Assembly: GCA_963790025.1 (NCBI GenBank)
Contig: CAWBMP010000004.1
Location: 576,001 to 640,000, forward strand
Length of the DNA stretch: 64,000 nt
Source: Nitrospirota bacterium
Lineage (GTDB): Bacteria > Nitrospirota > Thermodesulfovibrionia > Thermodesulfovibrionales > Dissulfurispiraceae
Direction: 5' to 3'
Position numbers and translations under genes: made by a program
Notes under the pieces: model-generated
What the model was told of the DNA's origin: nothing
What the model saw: the letters and a program-made list of their open reading frames with translations, nothing else
Database searches by the model: none
Shown here: in pieces, positions 19,501 to 28,910 of the stretch
Layout of the letters: each line of letters starts with the position of its first letter
How positions within the stretch are numbered: position 1 is the stretch's first letter

Positions 19501-21668
19501 CGCTTCGCGCTGCTCTTTTCTCCTTCCTGCGCTGAAGCGGAATACCTGTAATATTTCCGGTAGTAGTAATAATATGAGCCTTGCTTAATGTCAATAGCGT
19601 TGATGACAAGGCCGATGATATGCGCATTCAGGTCATGGAGAGATTTCAGTCCCTTTCTCACATCATCATAGGTCACCTTGCCTGCCCGGGCCACAATAAT
19701 GGAACCATCCACCATCTTGCTCAGGACAAGGGCATCAGCAACGCTGAGAAGCGGCGGCGAATCGCAGACAACGATATCATATTTCTCGCTCAGCAGCGCA
19801 AGCATCTCATTCATCCTGCTGGAACTGAGAAGCTCCGAAGGGTTCGGCGGAATCGGCCCCGAGGTGAGAACACTCAGGTTCTGAAGCGGCCCCTGCTGCA
19901 AAACCCCCAAATCCGACGCTCCGGCAAGATAAGTGGAAAGGCCTTTTGTGTTAGTCAATCCAAAAACCTTATGGATACGCGGCTTCCGCATGTCTGCATC
20001 AACCAATAAAACTTTATAGTCAGCCTGGGCTATAGCCATGGCGAGATTGACCGAAGTAGAGGTCTTGCCTTCCTCGGGTCTCATGCTGGTAACGAGTATT
20101 TTCCTGGGCGGTTTTTCAGGGGACGAAAGGAGCAAAGACGTTCTGATACCTTTATAGCCCTCGGCTATTTGCGATGTCGGATCACTCACCACGATTCCTT
20201 CAAAGGTGGTTTCCAAACTATCATTCAATGATATCATGCCTAATACGGGAAGCCCCAGCTTTGTCTCCACCTCTTCCGGTGATTTGACCGTATTATCGAG
20301 ATACTCGACGAAGAACGCCATTCCCACGCCGCCGAACAGACCCACAATGAGCCCCAGTATAAGATTATACATCTTGCGCGGCTTCGCAGGAGACTTCGGT
20401 ATTTCGGCCTTCTCCACTACCATGACATTCACTGTCTGGGCCTTTTCCGTTATGCTCTCCTCTTTCATTTTCTTCATCAGGGCATCATAGAACTGCCTGC
20501 TCGTCTCCACTTCCCTGTTCAGGGCACCATACTCCACGAATTTTTCATTGACATTCTGCGCCTCTGACTTGGTCTCGCCGAGGAACCGGTTCAGCGTTGC
20601 CACATTGGCCCTGGCCATTTCGTAATCGTTCTTTATGGAGTCGATAATCCTTTTAATCTCCGACACCCTTTTTGCCTTGAGTGTGGCAAGGTCCTCCACT
20701 GCACGGTTCATAACAGGGTGTTTCTTGCCGTATTTCTGCGAGAGCTCGGTAATATTCTGCTCAGCCCTGAGTATCTGCTGTTTCAGCGCCTGCAGTGACG
20801 GGTCTGATTCTATGACCGAGATCGTCTCTGCCTCATTGAGATTGTTGCCTAAGTCCTTCACTTTGTCGTACAGTATCTCGAGCTGCTTTTTCCTCGTCTC
20901 AGCCTGAATAAGCTGTGTATTAAGCTCAGACAGCTTTTGCGGCACTATGGTGACCTTGTTTTCAAGAGCAACAATATTTCGCTCTTTCACATATTCCTGC
21001 AGCGCCTTCTCTGACTGGTCCAGCTTTTTTCGTTCTTCCTCGGCCTTCTGGCTCATCCATTGCAGCGCATAACGCGTGGAGCTCATGTTGAATTCAAGCA
21101 GCTCTTCGATATACGCGCGGGCAACAGTATTGATTATGGCCTGTGCAAGTTCAGGGCTTGGGGAGAGATACCTCAGTTCCACGATCTTGCTGTTCCGGAT
21201 CGGCTTCGTTTCTATATTTTTGCTGATGGCCTTTGCCAGTCTGTCTATTCTGGCCTGGCGAGCTTCCTCGGAGGAATCGGCTCCATGCTTGCCTGAAGAA
21301 AAAACGCCGGCGAACCAACTGCCTATTCCACCCAAAAAAGACGATCCTGTTATTTTACTTTCATCATATCCCTTGTCCAGATTGAGCAGCTCCACCACTT
21401 TACGTGCAACCGCGGTACTCTTGATAAGCTGAAATTGGGTTTCATAAAATTGCGGATCATATGAGGCATAGTTAGCATTCATCAGTGACCGTGATTGATC
21501 TTTATCAATCAGTAATTTTGTAGAACCCATATAGAGCGACTGCGCTGAAAAGGTCCCGATGGCAACTATGAGAAAAACAATGATAAAGAAGGTTACGACC
21601 GTATACCTTCTCTTCTGTATAACTTTTATGTAATCGCGTAAATGTAACTCTTTGTCTTCCATACCCAC
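19497..21668 (-). CDS. wzc: Wzc/GumC polysaccharide co-polymerase with BY tyrosine kinase
   Basis: Two TMs around a coiled coil, PEEGKTST, LVDADMRKP, CDSPP, C-terminal Tyr cluster GSYYYYYRKYYRY. Confidence 0.93.
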   Translation of the reverse strand: MGMEDKELHLRDYIKVIQKRRYTVVTFFIIVFLIVAIGTFSAQSLYMGSTKLLIDKDQSRSLMNANYASYDPQFYETQFQLIKSTAVARKVVELLNLDKGYDESKITGSSFLGGIGSWFAGVFSSGKHGADSSEEARQARIDRLAKAISKNIETKPIRNSKIVELRYLSPSPELAQAIINTVARAYIEELLEFNMSSTRYALQWMSQKAEEERKKLDQSEKALQEYVKERNIVALENKVTIVPQKLSELNTQLIQAETRKKQLEILYDKVKDLGNNLNEAETISVIESDPSLQALKQQILRAEQNITELSQKYGKKHPVMNRAVEDLATLKAKRVSEIKRIIDSIKNDYEMARANVATLNRFLGETKSEAQNVNEKFVEYGALNREVETSRQFYDALMKKMKEESITEKAQTVNVMVVEKAEIPKSPAKPRKMYNLILGLIVGLFGGVGMAFFVEYLDNTVKSPEEVETKLGLPVLGMISLNDSLETTFEGIVVSDPTSQIAEGYKGIRTSLLLSSPEKPPRKILVTSMRPEEGKTSTSVNLAMAIAQADYKVLLVDADMRKPRIHKVFGLTNTKGLSTYLAGASDLGVLQQGPLQNLSVLTSGPIPPNPSELLSSSRMNEMLALLSEKYDIVVCDSPPLLSVADALVLSKMVDGSIIVARAGKVTYDDVRKGLKSLHDLNAHIIGLVINAIDIKQGSYYYYYRKYYRYSASAQEGEKSSAKR

Positions 21669-21677
21669 TCCTGATAG

Positions 21678-22472
21678 TTAAAAGAAACTTTCGGGGACCT
21701 CAATAACATCGTCGGAACGTACAGGCTCGTCCATTTTGACCTTTTCCAGGACTTCTTCCTTGCCTTTGACCTGTCTGGTTATTTTGACCCTTCCTTTGGA
21801 TGCCTTATCAGTAAACCCTCCTGCTATGGTGATGGCCTTAATCACAGTAGTGCCTTCCTCGAATTTGTATGCATCAGGCTTTTTTACCTCGCCGCTGATA
21901 TAGAACATACCAGCCTTGACTACAAAAATGCTGTCTCCGTCAATAATCGGGACATCCTGGGACGTGTCCCCTTTTTCAATAAGCCGCTTCAGGTCGACCG
22001 TAATAACTGTTTCTTTATTGTCCGGCGGGACTGCCTTTCTTTTAATGACTGCCTTGTCCCCTGCGTCTTTGGCAAGATCGCCTGCATTTGAGAGCACCTG
22101 AAGAAATGTAGTATACCCCTTCAGCTCATAAAGGCCCGGCCTGTTGACCTGGCCTATAATAGTGACCTTCTGACTTCTGAATTCCTGAATAAAGATACTC
22201 ACATGAGGAGAGACGATATACCCGTCAGCCAGCAGTGCGGCTATTTTTTCAGATACCTGGGAGATATTGAGCCCTGCAACCTTCACCTGCCCTACAAGCG
22301 GAAAGGCAATTGTCCCGTCACCGCCTATTCTCGCTTCGGTGGTCAGATCAAGGTGGTCATAAACGGTGATACGAAGTATGTCTCCCTCGCCTACAATATA
22401 GTCCTGGCTTGCAGAGGCACAGATGCCGGTCACCATTACTGCAAATAAAACGGCAATCAGGATTTTTTTCAT
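21678..22472 (-). CDS. Polysaccharide export OPX protein (short Wza-like; Poly_export plus SLBB domains)
   Basis: DYIVGEGDILRITVY, DGTIAFPLVGQVKVAG, GQVNRPGLY, GEVKKPDAY. Ends VPESFF with no OM helix. Confidence 0.9.
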   Translation of the reverse strand: MKKILIAVLFAVMVTGICASASQDYIVGEGDILRITVYDHLDLTTEARIGGDGTIAFPLVGQVKVAGLNISQVSEKIAALLADGYIVSPHVSIFIQEFRSQKVTIIGQVNRPGLYELKGYTTFLQVLSNAGDLAKDAGDKAVIKRKAVPPDNKETVITVDLKRLIEKGDTSQDVPIIDGDSIFVVKAGMFYISGEVKKPDAYKFEEGTTVIKAITIAGGFTDKASKGRVKITRQVKGKEEVLEKVKMDEPVRSDDVIEVPESFF

Positions 22473-22563
22473 TACAATGCTGTATGTCCGCTCTTCACGA
22501 CACGCAAGATGCTACACATCGATAAAAAGACTTATATAAGCCATCAAAATAATTTAACTGTCG

Positions 22564-23919
22564 TTATAAAGTCGCTTTGATCAGCAACATTACTGTATTA
22601 TTCGAGTAGCCGAAGTCACTAAAGTCCGAATTCCTCTTTGTATAATTATACTGAAGCGCGGCATTCAGCCATTCCTTGAAGCGGTATTGCACTAATGGAC
22701 CCACCCTGTAATAGGTGTCCTTTCTCAATCGCGTTTGGCCGCCTTCCGTGGTCGGTGTGCCCTCATACTGATCATTTGCAAACCATGCGCTCAAGCCGCC
22801 GGTAAGTTTGTCAGTCATCCTATAGGCATAGTTAATGTTAACCGAATCCTCAACAACATAGCCGGCTGCACTTAGATCAGTTTCATTAGTTCTTCTTCCG
22901 TATGTAAGGGTGATAAAGCTCTTCGGCGTAAACCGATGCTGCAGCTGAGCTTCACAAATGAAATGGGTCGTGCTGCCCAGCGCCGATGTGGCAAAATCCT
23001 TTATATCAACTCCAGCCTTAAACGACATAAGTGTTTTTGCCGTGATTTCATGCCGAAAGCCCAATAAGACATGATGCTCATCGCTATTGACAAGTATGTT
23101 TTTTTCATAACGACTATCGATAAAGTCGTATTCTGCAAACAACGACGTCCTCGGCATCACCTTATAAAATACATAGGCGTCAACACCATTATCGGTCCTG
23201 TTTCTGAACGCATTTGTCGAGGAAGCGAAGGTAATCGGATAATTGGTATAATCCGCCCTCAATAAAATTTTGTCGGTCACCTGATAGCTCAGTACTGTGT
23301 TAAACAGGTTTGACTCGTATCTGTCTTCGGTAGCAGACGCGCCTATACCAAGGATAGTGTGATTTTTCACATATTCATCGCGCATATCAATGGACAATCC
23401 CGAAGAAAAATTATACTCTAACATTCCGTCAATTTTATGGTTGTCCGAGTTTAAATGAGTGGTTTTATCATAACGCTCGAAATCTCCCTGGTAGAGCACG
23501 TATGTCTGATAGCGCCTTTCACTGGGTGTGAAAAAAGTTGTCAGAGGTATGGCGCCCGGTGTTACAAGTGAAGTCTCTACATCAAATAATCTCTCTTTAA
23601 GCCGCGGATATGCAAGCCATAGCCCGGGGGACACAATGGTTTCATAATCCGACTGCTTGCCCGTTTTAACGGCAAACACATTGTCGTTGTATAACTCCGT
23701 CAATCCGACAAAAGGGTGAATATAGCCCCCCTGTTCCCCTATAGTTTCTGCTGCTTTCGCTTGCCCTGGGGGAGGGGCTTCTGCTGCTTGCGTTTGCCCA
23801 TGGGGAGGGGTCGGTAACCCAGGGGGAGGGGCTTCAACTGCAGCAGCTAAGGGCGGCAACCATAAGCAAACCAGCAAGCATATGGACAACAGTACAATCC
23901 TGTATTTTTTTGTTCTCAC
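22564..23919 (-). CDS. Outer-membrane beta-barrel associated with polysaccharide export
   Basis: Signal peptide, HPFVGLTELYNDNVF, aromatic alternating strands, C-terminal Y..RNSD....YSNNTVML. Adjacent to the short OPX gene. Confidence 0.8.
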   Translation of the reverse strand: MRTKKYRIVLLSICLLVCLWLPPLAAAVEAPPPGLPTPPHGQTQAAEAPPPGQAKAAETIGEQGGYIHPFVGLTELYNDNVFAVKTGKQSDYETIVSPGLWLAYPRLKERLFDVETSLVTPGAIPLTTFFTPSERRYQTYVLYQGDFERYDKTTHLNSDNHKIDGMLEYNFSSGLSIDMRDEYVKNHTILGIGASATEDRYESNLFNTVLSYQVTDKILLRADYTNYPITFASSTNAFRNRTDNGVDAYVFYKVMPRTSLFAEYDFIDSRYEKNILVNSDEHHVLLGFRHEITAKTLMSFKAGVDIKDFATSALGSTTHFICEAQLQHRFTPKSFITLTYGRRTNETDLSAAGYVVEDSVNINYAYRMTDKLTGGLSAWFANDQYEGTPTTEGGQTRLRKDTYYRVGPLVQYRFKEWLNAALQYNYTKRNSDFSDFGYSNNTVMLLIKATL

Positions 23920-23934
23920 CTTATCATCTCCTTA

Positions 23935-24435
23935 CTATGGATGGAATCCACTGACAGGAGGTGGCGGAGGAGGTGGCGGTGGTGGTGGGGGGGGGGGAGG
24001 CGGTGCTCCACCGGGTGCTCCACCGGGTGCTCCACCGGTGGTTCCACCGGGAGTTCCACCAGGTGTATAGGGATGTCCGATAGCTTGAGATATGGCCCCC
24101 TGAACCGCCTGCGCAGGTACACCTGCTGCCTGTGCGGCCGAGTTGATCGCATCATCTGATACTCCTGCACTATGTGCCCCGATAGCCACCGCATTGATGG
24201 AGATTTTGTCCACTTGAATTGCGCCCTGAATTGCCGCCGAGGCGCTATAGCCGGCCGTTATGGCATCGGCAACAGCCTGAGCAGGGGACGCACCGGCGGT
24301 TATTGAAGCCTGTATTGCAGCAGCGGCCGCTGCCGGATCATTAGGATCCAAAGGGGCCGCAACAGAAAATGCAGGAGAGAGGAACATAACCAGAGCAATA
24401 AAAAATAACAATGAAAACATCAACAATTTTTTCAT
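23935..24435 (-). CDS. Secreted Ala-rich protein with GG(A/T)P repeats, a 14-residue poly-Pro run and C-terminal VSGFHP
   Basis: Signal peptide, AGGAGG RBS, low-complexity tail. Confidence 0.75.
   Translation of the reverse strand: MKKLLMFSLLFFIALVMFLSPAFSVAAPLDPNDPAAAAAAIQASITAGASPAQAVADAITAGYSASAAIQGAIQVDKISINAVAIGAHSAGVSDDAINSAAQAAGVPAQAVQGAISQAIGHPYTPGGTPGGTTGGAPGGAPGGAPPPPPPPPPPPPPPPPVSGFHP
23956..24061. repeat. GGN triplet run including a G11 homopolymer (23987-23997), and five 12-bp tandem units (GGTGCTCCACCG x3 plus two variants, 24002-24061)
   Basis: Read directly. Encodes poly-Pro and GGAP/GGTP on the minus strand. Confidence 0.9.
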
Positions 24436-24488
24436 AAATATACCTCCTTATTACAGCTTATAAGCTTACAATATAACCATTATCGAAG

Positions 24489-25598
24489 TCAATGCACTTC
24501 ATGAGTTAAATGGGCCTCGATAACTCTTTCCCTTCCTTCCACATGTATTCTTTTCTTCTGAACAGCCCGAACGAAGTAAAATATAAATGTCAGATGCACA
24601 ATAAAATAGATAAAAAATCCCATAAAAAGATGGTAATCAGAAAATTGAAGAAGCGATCCCGCAATTGCATACACGACGAGAAGGGACGATAGGAGGAGAA
24701 TAGTTTTTACAGCACCTTCTTTTGAAAGTCCCAGTCTGATCAGATGGTGGTGCAAATGTTCCTTATCGGCAAAGAAAGGACTTTTATGATCGATCATTCT
24801 TTTCGTCATAACGACAACAGTATCGACAATAGGGACTCCGAGCACCAGCAGGGGAAAGACCGGCGACACTACCGGTTCATGGTATTTGGGATATTGGGTC
24901 AGGCTGATCGATAAAAAAGCCAGTACAAAACCCAATGCCATACTCCCTGTATCACCCATAAACAGCCTGGCAGGATGCCAGTTGTATCGTATAAAGCCTG
25001 CCACTGCCCCAATTAATGCAATACATAACAATACCATCTCGATACGCTGCTCTACATAAAACATAAGGGCGAACGAAGCAAGCGCAATGAAGGAAATTCC
25101 TCCTGCCAGCCCGTCAAGACCATCGATCATATTGAGCGCGTTAATGACGCCTACTGTACCTATAATAGTGACCGGAATAGCAAAAATGTGGAGATCTACA
25201 GTGCCAAACGATAATAAATCCCCCAGGGAATGGAGGATAGCATTACTGAAATGCATCATTACGATCGCTGCAAAAATCTGCGCCAGGAATTTCCATCGAT
25301 GGTCTATTTCCCTGAAATCGTCAAGAAAGCCGATGACTGCGAGCAGGCACATACCGGCATAAAACCCTCTCAGCTCTGAAACAGGAACAAAAAAGATACA
25401 GGTAATGAAAAAAGCGATGAGCATACCGAGGCCTCCGACCAGGGGCTTCGGGACCGTATGCACCTTTCTCTCCTGGGGGTGGTCCATGAGTCCTATTTTT
25501 GCAGCGATGTTCGACAACCTCGGCAAAACCAGTATCGCTGTAAGAAAGGAAAACATAAACGCCAGGATTATTGAAAACCTTTCCATTGCGTTCTCCAT
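24489..25598 (-). CDS. wecA: WecA/MraY-family undecaprenyl-phosphate HexNAc-1-phosphate transferase
   Basis: DHPQERKVH, GFLDD, INALNMIDGLDGLAGG, YNWHPARLFMGDTGS, ADKEHLHHHL. Confidence 0.88.
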   Translation of the reverse strand: MENAMERFSIILAFMFSFLTAILVLPRLSNIAAKIGLMDHPQERKVHTVPKPLVGGLGMLIAFFITCIFFVPVSELRGFYAGMCLLAVIGFLDDFREIDHRWKFLAQIFAAIVMMHFSNAILHSLGDLLSFGTVDLHIFAIPVTIIGTVGVINALNMIDGLDGLAGGISFIALASFALMFYVEQRIEMVLLCIALIGAVAGFIRYNWHPARLFMGDTGSMALGFVLAFLSISLTQYPKYHEPVVSPVFPLLVLGVPIVDTVVVMTKRMIDHKSPFFADKEHLHHHLIRLGLSKEGAVKTILLLSSLLVVYAIAGSLLQFSDYHLFMGFFIYFIVHLTFIFYFVRAVQKKRIHVEGRERVIEAHLTHEVH

Positions 25599-25793
25599 AA
25601 TCGCAACCCACTACATATTTTGAGACAAAAAACCCGGTGAATACTGTACAACCTGAAAAATTGCCTACTACCGTTTGAATACCGATGAATTACCCTTTTA
25701 TATGCCGAAAATGCGGCTCGGTCCAGCCGACGAGAAATATCCGTGACCGAGTGTTAGAAATATCATAGGATTTTCTTACGGTCCTGTCAAGTT

Positions 25794-25830
25794 ACAAAAA
25801 CATTACGACAAAAACATTACACATATGTCG
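25794..25830. repeat. 13-bp direct repeat ACAAAAACATTAC x2 (14-bp period) overlapping CGACA-N15-TGTCG; possible regulator site upstream of wecA
   Basis: Copies at 25794-25806 and 25808-25820 within a 337-bp intergenic gap. Confidence 0.6.
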
Positions 25831-25935
25831 TTTCTCTGTATCCCGCTATTACACGCCAAAAAACATTGATTCAATTACCCTTTCAGGACTCCGTGTCCTC
25901 TTGTTTGAGATATACAATTTGCTCAATTAATATTT

Positions 25936-26553
25936 TCACCTGTTTACCGTAACCGGGAACCATTCTGCAGGGATGCCGGTGCCGTATACGAGGATGTAAT
26001 ATGCCAATTTTTTGTACTCACTCATGACAAAGTCCTTCGACGTTTTGTTTTTCCACCAGTTTTCTGCATCCCACCACGGAGGAGAAGTTGCAACAATAGT
26101 ATATTTCAGGCCTGAACCTCTGAGCACATGGTTCCATGCCCAATTAACCCTCCTTATATGCGGAGGATCGGTCACAATCAGGGAGTGCTTCCAGCCATGT
26201 TTTCTTATCAATGTAAGAGCATCCTCCGCCTCTCCAAGCGAATTCCGGGCAACAGAGTCATAATAGATGTTTTCCTCTGCGGCCCCCGCTGAAAAAAACG
26301 CTTTTGTTGTCTTTGATTCTTTGCCGACGTGAATAAGCACAACATTCGGGGCATATCCTGATCTGTATAGTTTCAATGCCTGTAAAGCTCTCAGACCGCT
26401 ATCACCGCCAAGCACAACGATGACATCCGCCTTCGAAGGGTCCATAGCGGGAGATGACAGGAAAATACCGGCTTTGAGAAAAGCCAGACCGGCGAATAAG
26501 GGAAGCGAAACAAAAACAGCGAGCCACCATCCTTTCCTGCCAGTCCATTTCAC
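25936..26553 (-). CDS. YdcF/DUF218 (ElyC-like) protein
   Basis: N-terminal TM, ADVIVVLGG, IVTDPPHIRR, SEYKKLAYY. Confidence 0.85.
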   Translation of the reverse strand: MKWTGRKGWWLAVFVSLPLFAGLAFLKAGIFLSSPAMDPSKADVIVVLGGDSGLRALQALKLYRSGYAPNVVLIHVGKESKTTKAFFSAGAAEENIYYDSVARNSLGEAEDALTLIRKHGWKHSLIVTDPPHIRRVNWAWNHVLRGSGLKYTIVATSPPWWDAENWWKNKTSKDFVMSEYKKLAYYILVYGTGIPAEWFPVTVNR

Positions 26554-26561
26554 GGCAACAG

Positions 26562-27677
26562 CTACTTTTTTACCGCCTTAACATCGGCTTTCAGGAGGAT
26601 ATCTATGATTCGCTCTGCGGTATGACCGTCCCAGAATTCCGGGACTTTACCTTTTTTTGCACCGCTCCTGAAGGATGTATATGCTTCAAGTATATTTTTT
26701 TGAGTCGTACCGACAAGTGTATTTGTGCCTTCCTCGATGGTGATCGGTCGTTCGGTGTTCTCCCGGATGGTAAAGCAGGGAATGCCGAGTGCGGTGGTTT
26801 CTTCCTGCAGACCTCCGCTATCGGTAAGCACAAGGACCGCATCTTTCCAGAGCGACAAAAAATCCAGGTAGGACTTGGGAGGCATGAGTTTGATATTAGA
26901 ATTATCGATTCTTCCTGCGAGACCAAAGTCCTTTATATTTTTCTCAGTCCTTGGATGCACAGGGAAATAGATCGGCATATCGTTTGATATTTCCATTAAT
27001 GCAGCCAGGATATCTTCAAGCCTCGACCTGTCATCCACATTCGACGGCCTGTGCAGCGTAAGGACCGCATACTCTCTGTCGGTATTCCGGCAAGGAGGCA
27101 AACCCGCAAGCTTCTTCAGGCTGTAATACAATGTATCAATCATGATATTCCCGACATAGAACATCTTTTTTTCGGCCTTACCCTCCCTATTCAGATTTTC
27201 AACCCCGCTTCTTTCCGAGATAAAGAGGTAGTCGGAAATTGAGTCCGTAACAATTCTGTTTATTTCCTCAGGCATCGTCATATCACCGCTTCTGAGCCCG
27301 GCCTCAACGTGTGCCACCTTTATGTTTAATTTCTTTGCGGTGACGGAACAGGCCAGCGTTGAATTGACGTCGCCCACCACAACAACAATATCCGGCATTG
27401 CCTTGCCGCAGACCTTTTCAAATTCGATCATGACCTTTGCAGTCTGTTCGGCATGAGAGCCTGGGCCGGCGCTCAGAAAGTAATCCGGCTGGGGGATGTC
27501 AAAATCCTCGAAGAAAACCTTCGACATCTCGTAATCATAATGTTGACCGGTATGAACAAGCTCCCAGGTTACCTCTTTGCCTGCAGACTTATCGTCTTGC
27601 AAGCTATTCAACTCATGCACCAAAGGCGCTATCTTCATAAAGTTGGGCCTCGCGCCTGCAACAAGCAATATCTTCAT
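26562..27677 (-). CDS. wecB: UDP-N-acetylglucosamine 2-epimerase (non-hydrolysing)
   Basis: GARPNFMKIAP, VHTGQHYD, HVEAGLRS, MPEEINR, LTDSGGLQEE, RENTERP. Confidence 0.95.
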   Translation of the reverse strand: MKILLVAGARPNFMKIAPLVHELNSLQDDKSAGKEVTWELVHTGQHYDYEMSKVFFEDFDIPQPDYFLSAGPGSHAEQTAKVMIEFEKVCGKAMPDIVVVVGDVNSTLACSVTAKKLNIKVAHVEAGLRSGDMTMPEEINRIVTDSISDYLFISERSGVENLNREGKAEKKMFYVGNIMIDTLYYSLKKLAGLPPCRNTDREYAVLTLHRPSNVDDRSRLEDILAALMEISNDMPIYFPVHPRTEKNIKDFGLAGRIDNSNIKLMPPKSYLDFLSLWKDAVLVLTDSGGLQEETTALGIPCFTIRENTERPITIEEGTNTLVGTTQKNILEAYTSFRSGAKKGKVPEFWDGHTAERIIDILLKADVKAVKK

Positions 27678-27692
27678 TTCACGCCCTTATTG

Positions 27693-28910
27693 TTACCGCA
27701 TATTTACAGTTTCTTTCAAATATACGAGCATTTTGTCGGCCAGCCTGCTTCTGTCGAAGTCGAATGATAGTTTAACGCATCCATCCTGAAGCTGCCTGTA
27801 TAGATTACCGTCATTCTTTAACTGCGTTAGCTTATTAATAAAATCACTTTCATTCTCAGGCTCAAAACAGATGCCCGCGCCGTATTGTTCCACTATCTCC
27901 TGCGCCTGGCCTTCAACGCCCAGGAGAATCGGTTTTCTCATGGCCGAAGCCTCAAAAATTTTGGAGGGGATGACGGTTTTGAAGGTATCTGATTTCAGAA
28001 GTGGGACGAGCGCCGCATCAGTTACCGACATGTATTCCGGGACAAGCTCTTTGCTGATTGAAGGGAGAAAGGTCGCATTTTTTATGTTCTTTTTCTTTGA
28101 TAGTTCGACGACTGCTTCTTTCCGTGCGCCATCACCGATGAAGATGAAATGAATATCGCTGTCCGTAATCTTATCGAGTGCATTTACTATGAACTCCAGG
28201 CTGTGTGCCAGGCCATGGGTCCCGATATAACCGACAACAAACTTGCCGTCCAGTCCGAGGTCTTGCACGAGGCGTGAGCTCTTTTCCCTCGGGTAGAAGA
28301 GCTTGATATTCGAGCCGTTGGTCACGAGTCTGATCTTGTCTTCAGGTATGCCTCGGGATATGAGTCTCCTTTTGAATGCCTTGGTCAGGGCGACCACCAT
28401 ATGCGCATCTTTGTATAAAAAAAGCTCGATTTTTTCAAGCAGAAGATAAAGCCTGTTCGTCTTAATTGCCCCAACAGTTCTTATAGACTCCGGCCACAGG
28501 TCCCTCAGTTCGAACACCCAAGGTTTTCTTTTGAGTTTCGAAAGCCCGAATGCAGCAAAGGTCGTGAAGAATTGGGGAGATGTCGCAATGATGATATCCA
28601 TTTTCTGAAACATCCCTGCAATCAGGGCAGTGCAGGCAAAACTCAGGTAATCGATGATCCTTTTGAGAAAACCTTCATTTGCGGTTATATAACTCCATAC
28701 CCTGATTACCCTGATCCCTTCAACGTTCTCTTTTTTATAAAGACTGTTTCTGTACCCTGCATACACTTTCCCCCGGGGGAAGTTCGGCGCGCAGGTTATC
28801 ACAGTTACGTCGGTCCCTTGCCTGACCCATTCCTTGCAGTGATCAAACGTCCTCGTTGCAGGAGCATTGACCTCAGGAGGAAAATTATCGGAAATAAAAA
28901 GGACCTTCAT
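27693..28910 (-). CDS. Family 4 glycosyltransferase (WbuB-like)
   Basis: NFPPEVNAPATR, TCAPNFPRG, ELRDLWPESI, IPSKIFE. Confidence 0.9.
   Translation of the reverse strand: MKVLFISDNFPPEVNAPATRTFDHCKEWVRQGTDVTVITCAPNFPRGKVYAGYRNSLYKKENVEGIRVIRVWSYITANEGFLKRIIDYLSFACTALIAGMFQKMDIIIATSPQFFTTFAAFGLSKLKRKPWVFELRDLWPESIRTVGAIKTNRLYLLLEKIELFLYKDAHMVVALTKAFKRRLISRGIPEDKIRLVTNGSNIKLFYPREKSSRLVQDLGLDGKFVVGYIGTHGLAHSLEFIVNALDKITDSDIHFIFIGDGARKEAVVELSKKKNIKNATFLPSISKELVPEYMSVTDAALVPLLKSDTFKTVIPSKIFEASAMRKPILLGVEGQAQEIVEQYGAGICFEPENESDFINKLTQLKNDGNLYRQLQDGCVKLSFDFDRSRLADKMLVYLKETVNMR

Noticed and set aside
23882..24194. Poly-Gly and His/Pro-rich alternative ORFs, and a CRISPR-like look of the 12-bp repeats
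   Set aside because: These are other frames of the poly-Pro/GGAP coding repeat; the units are contiguous with no spacers.
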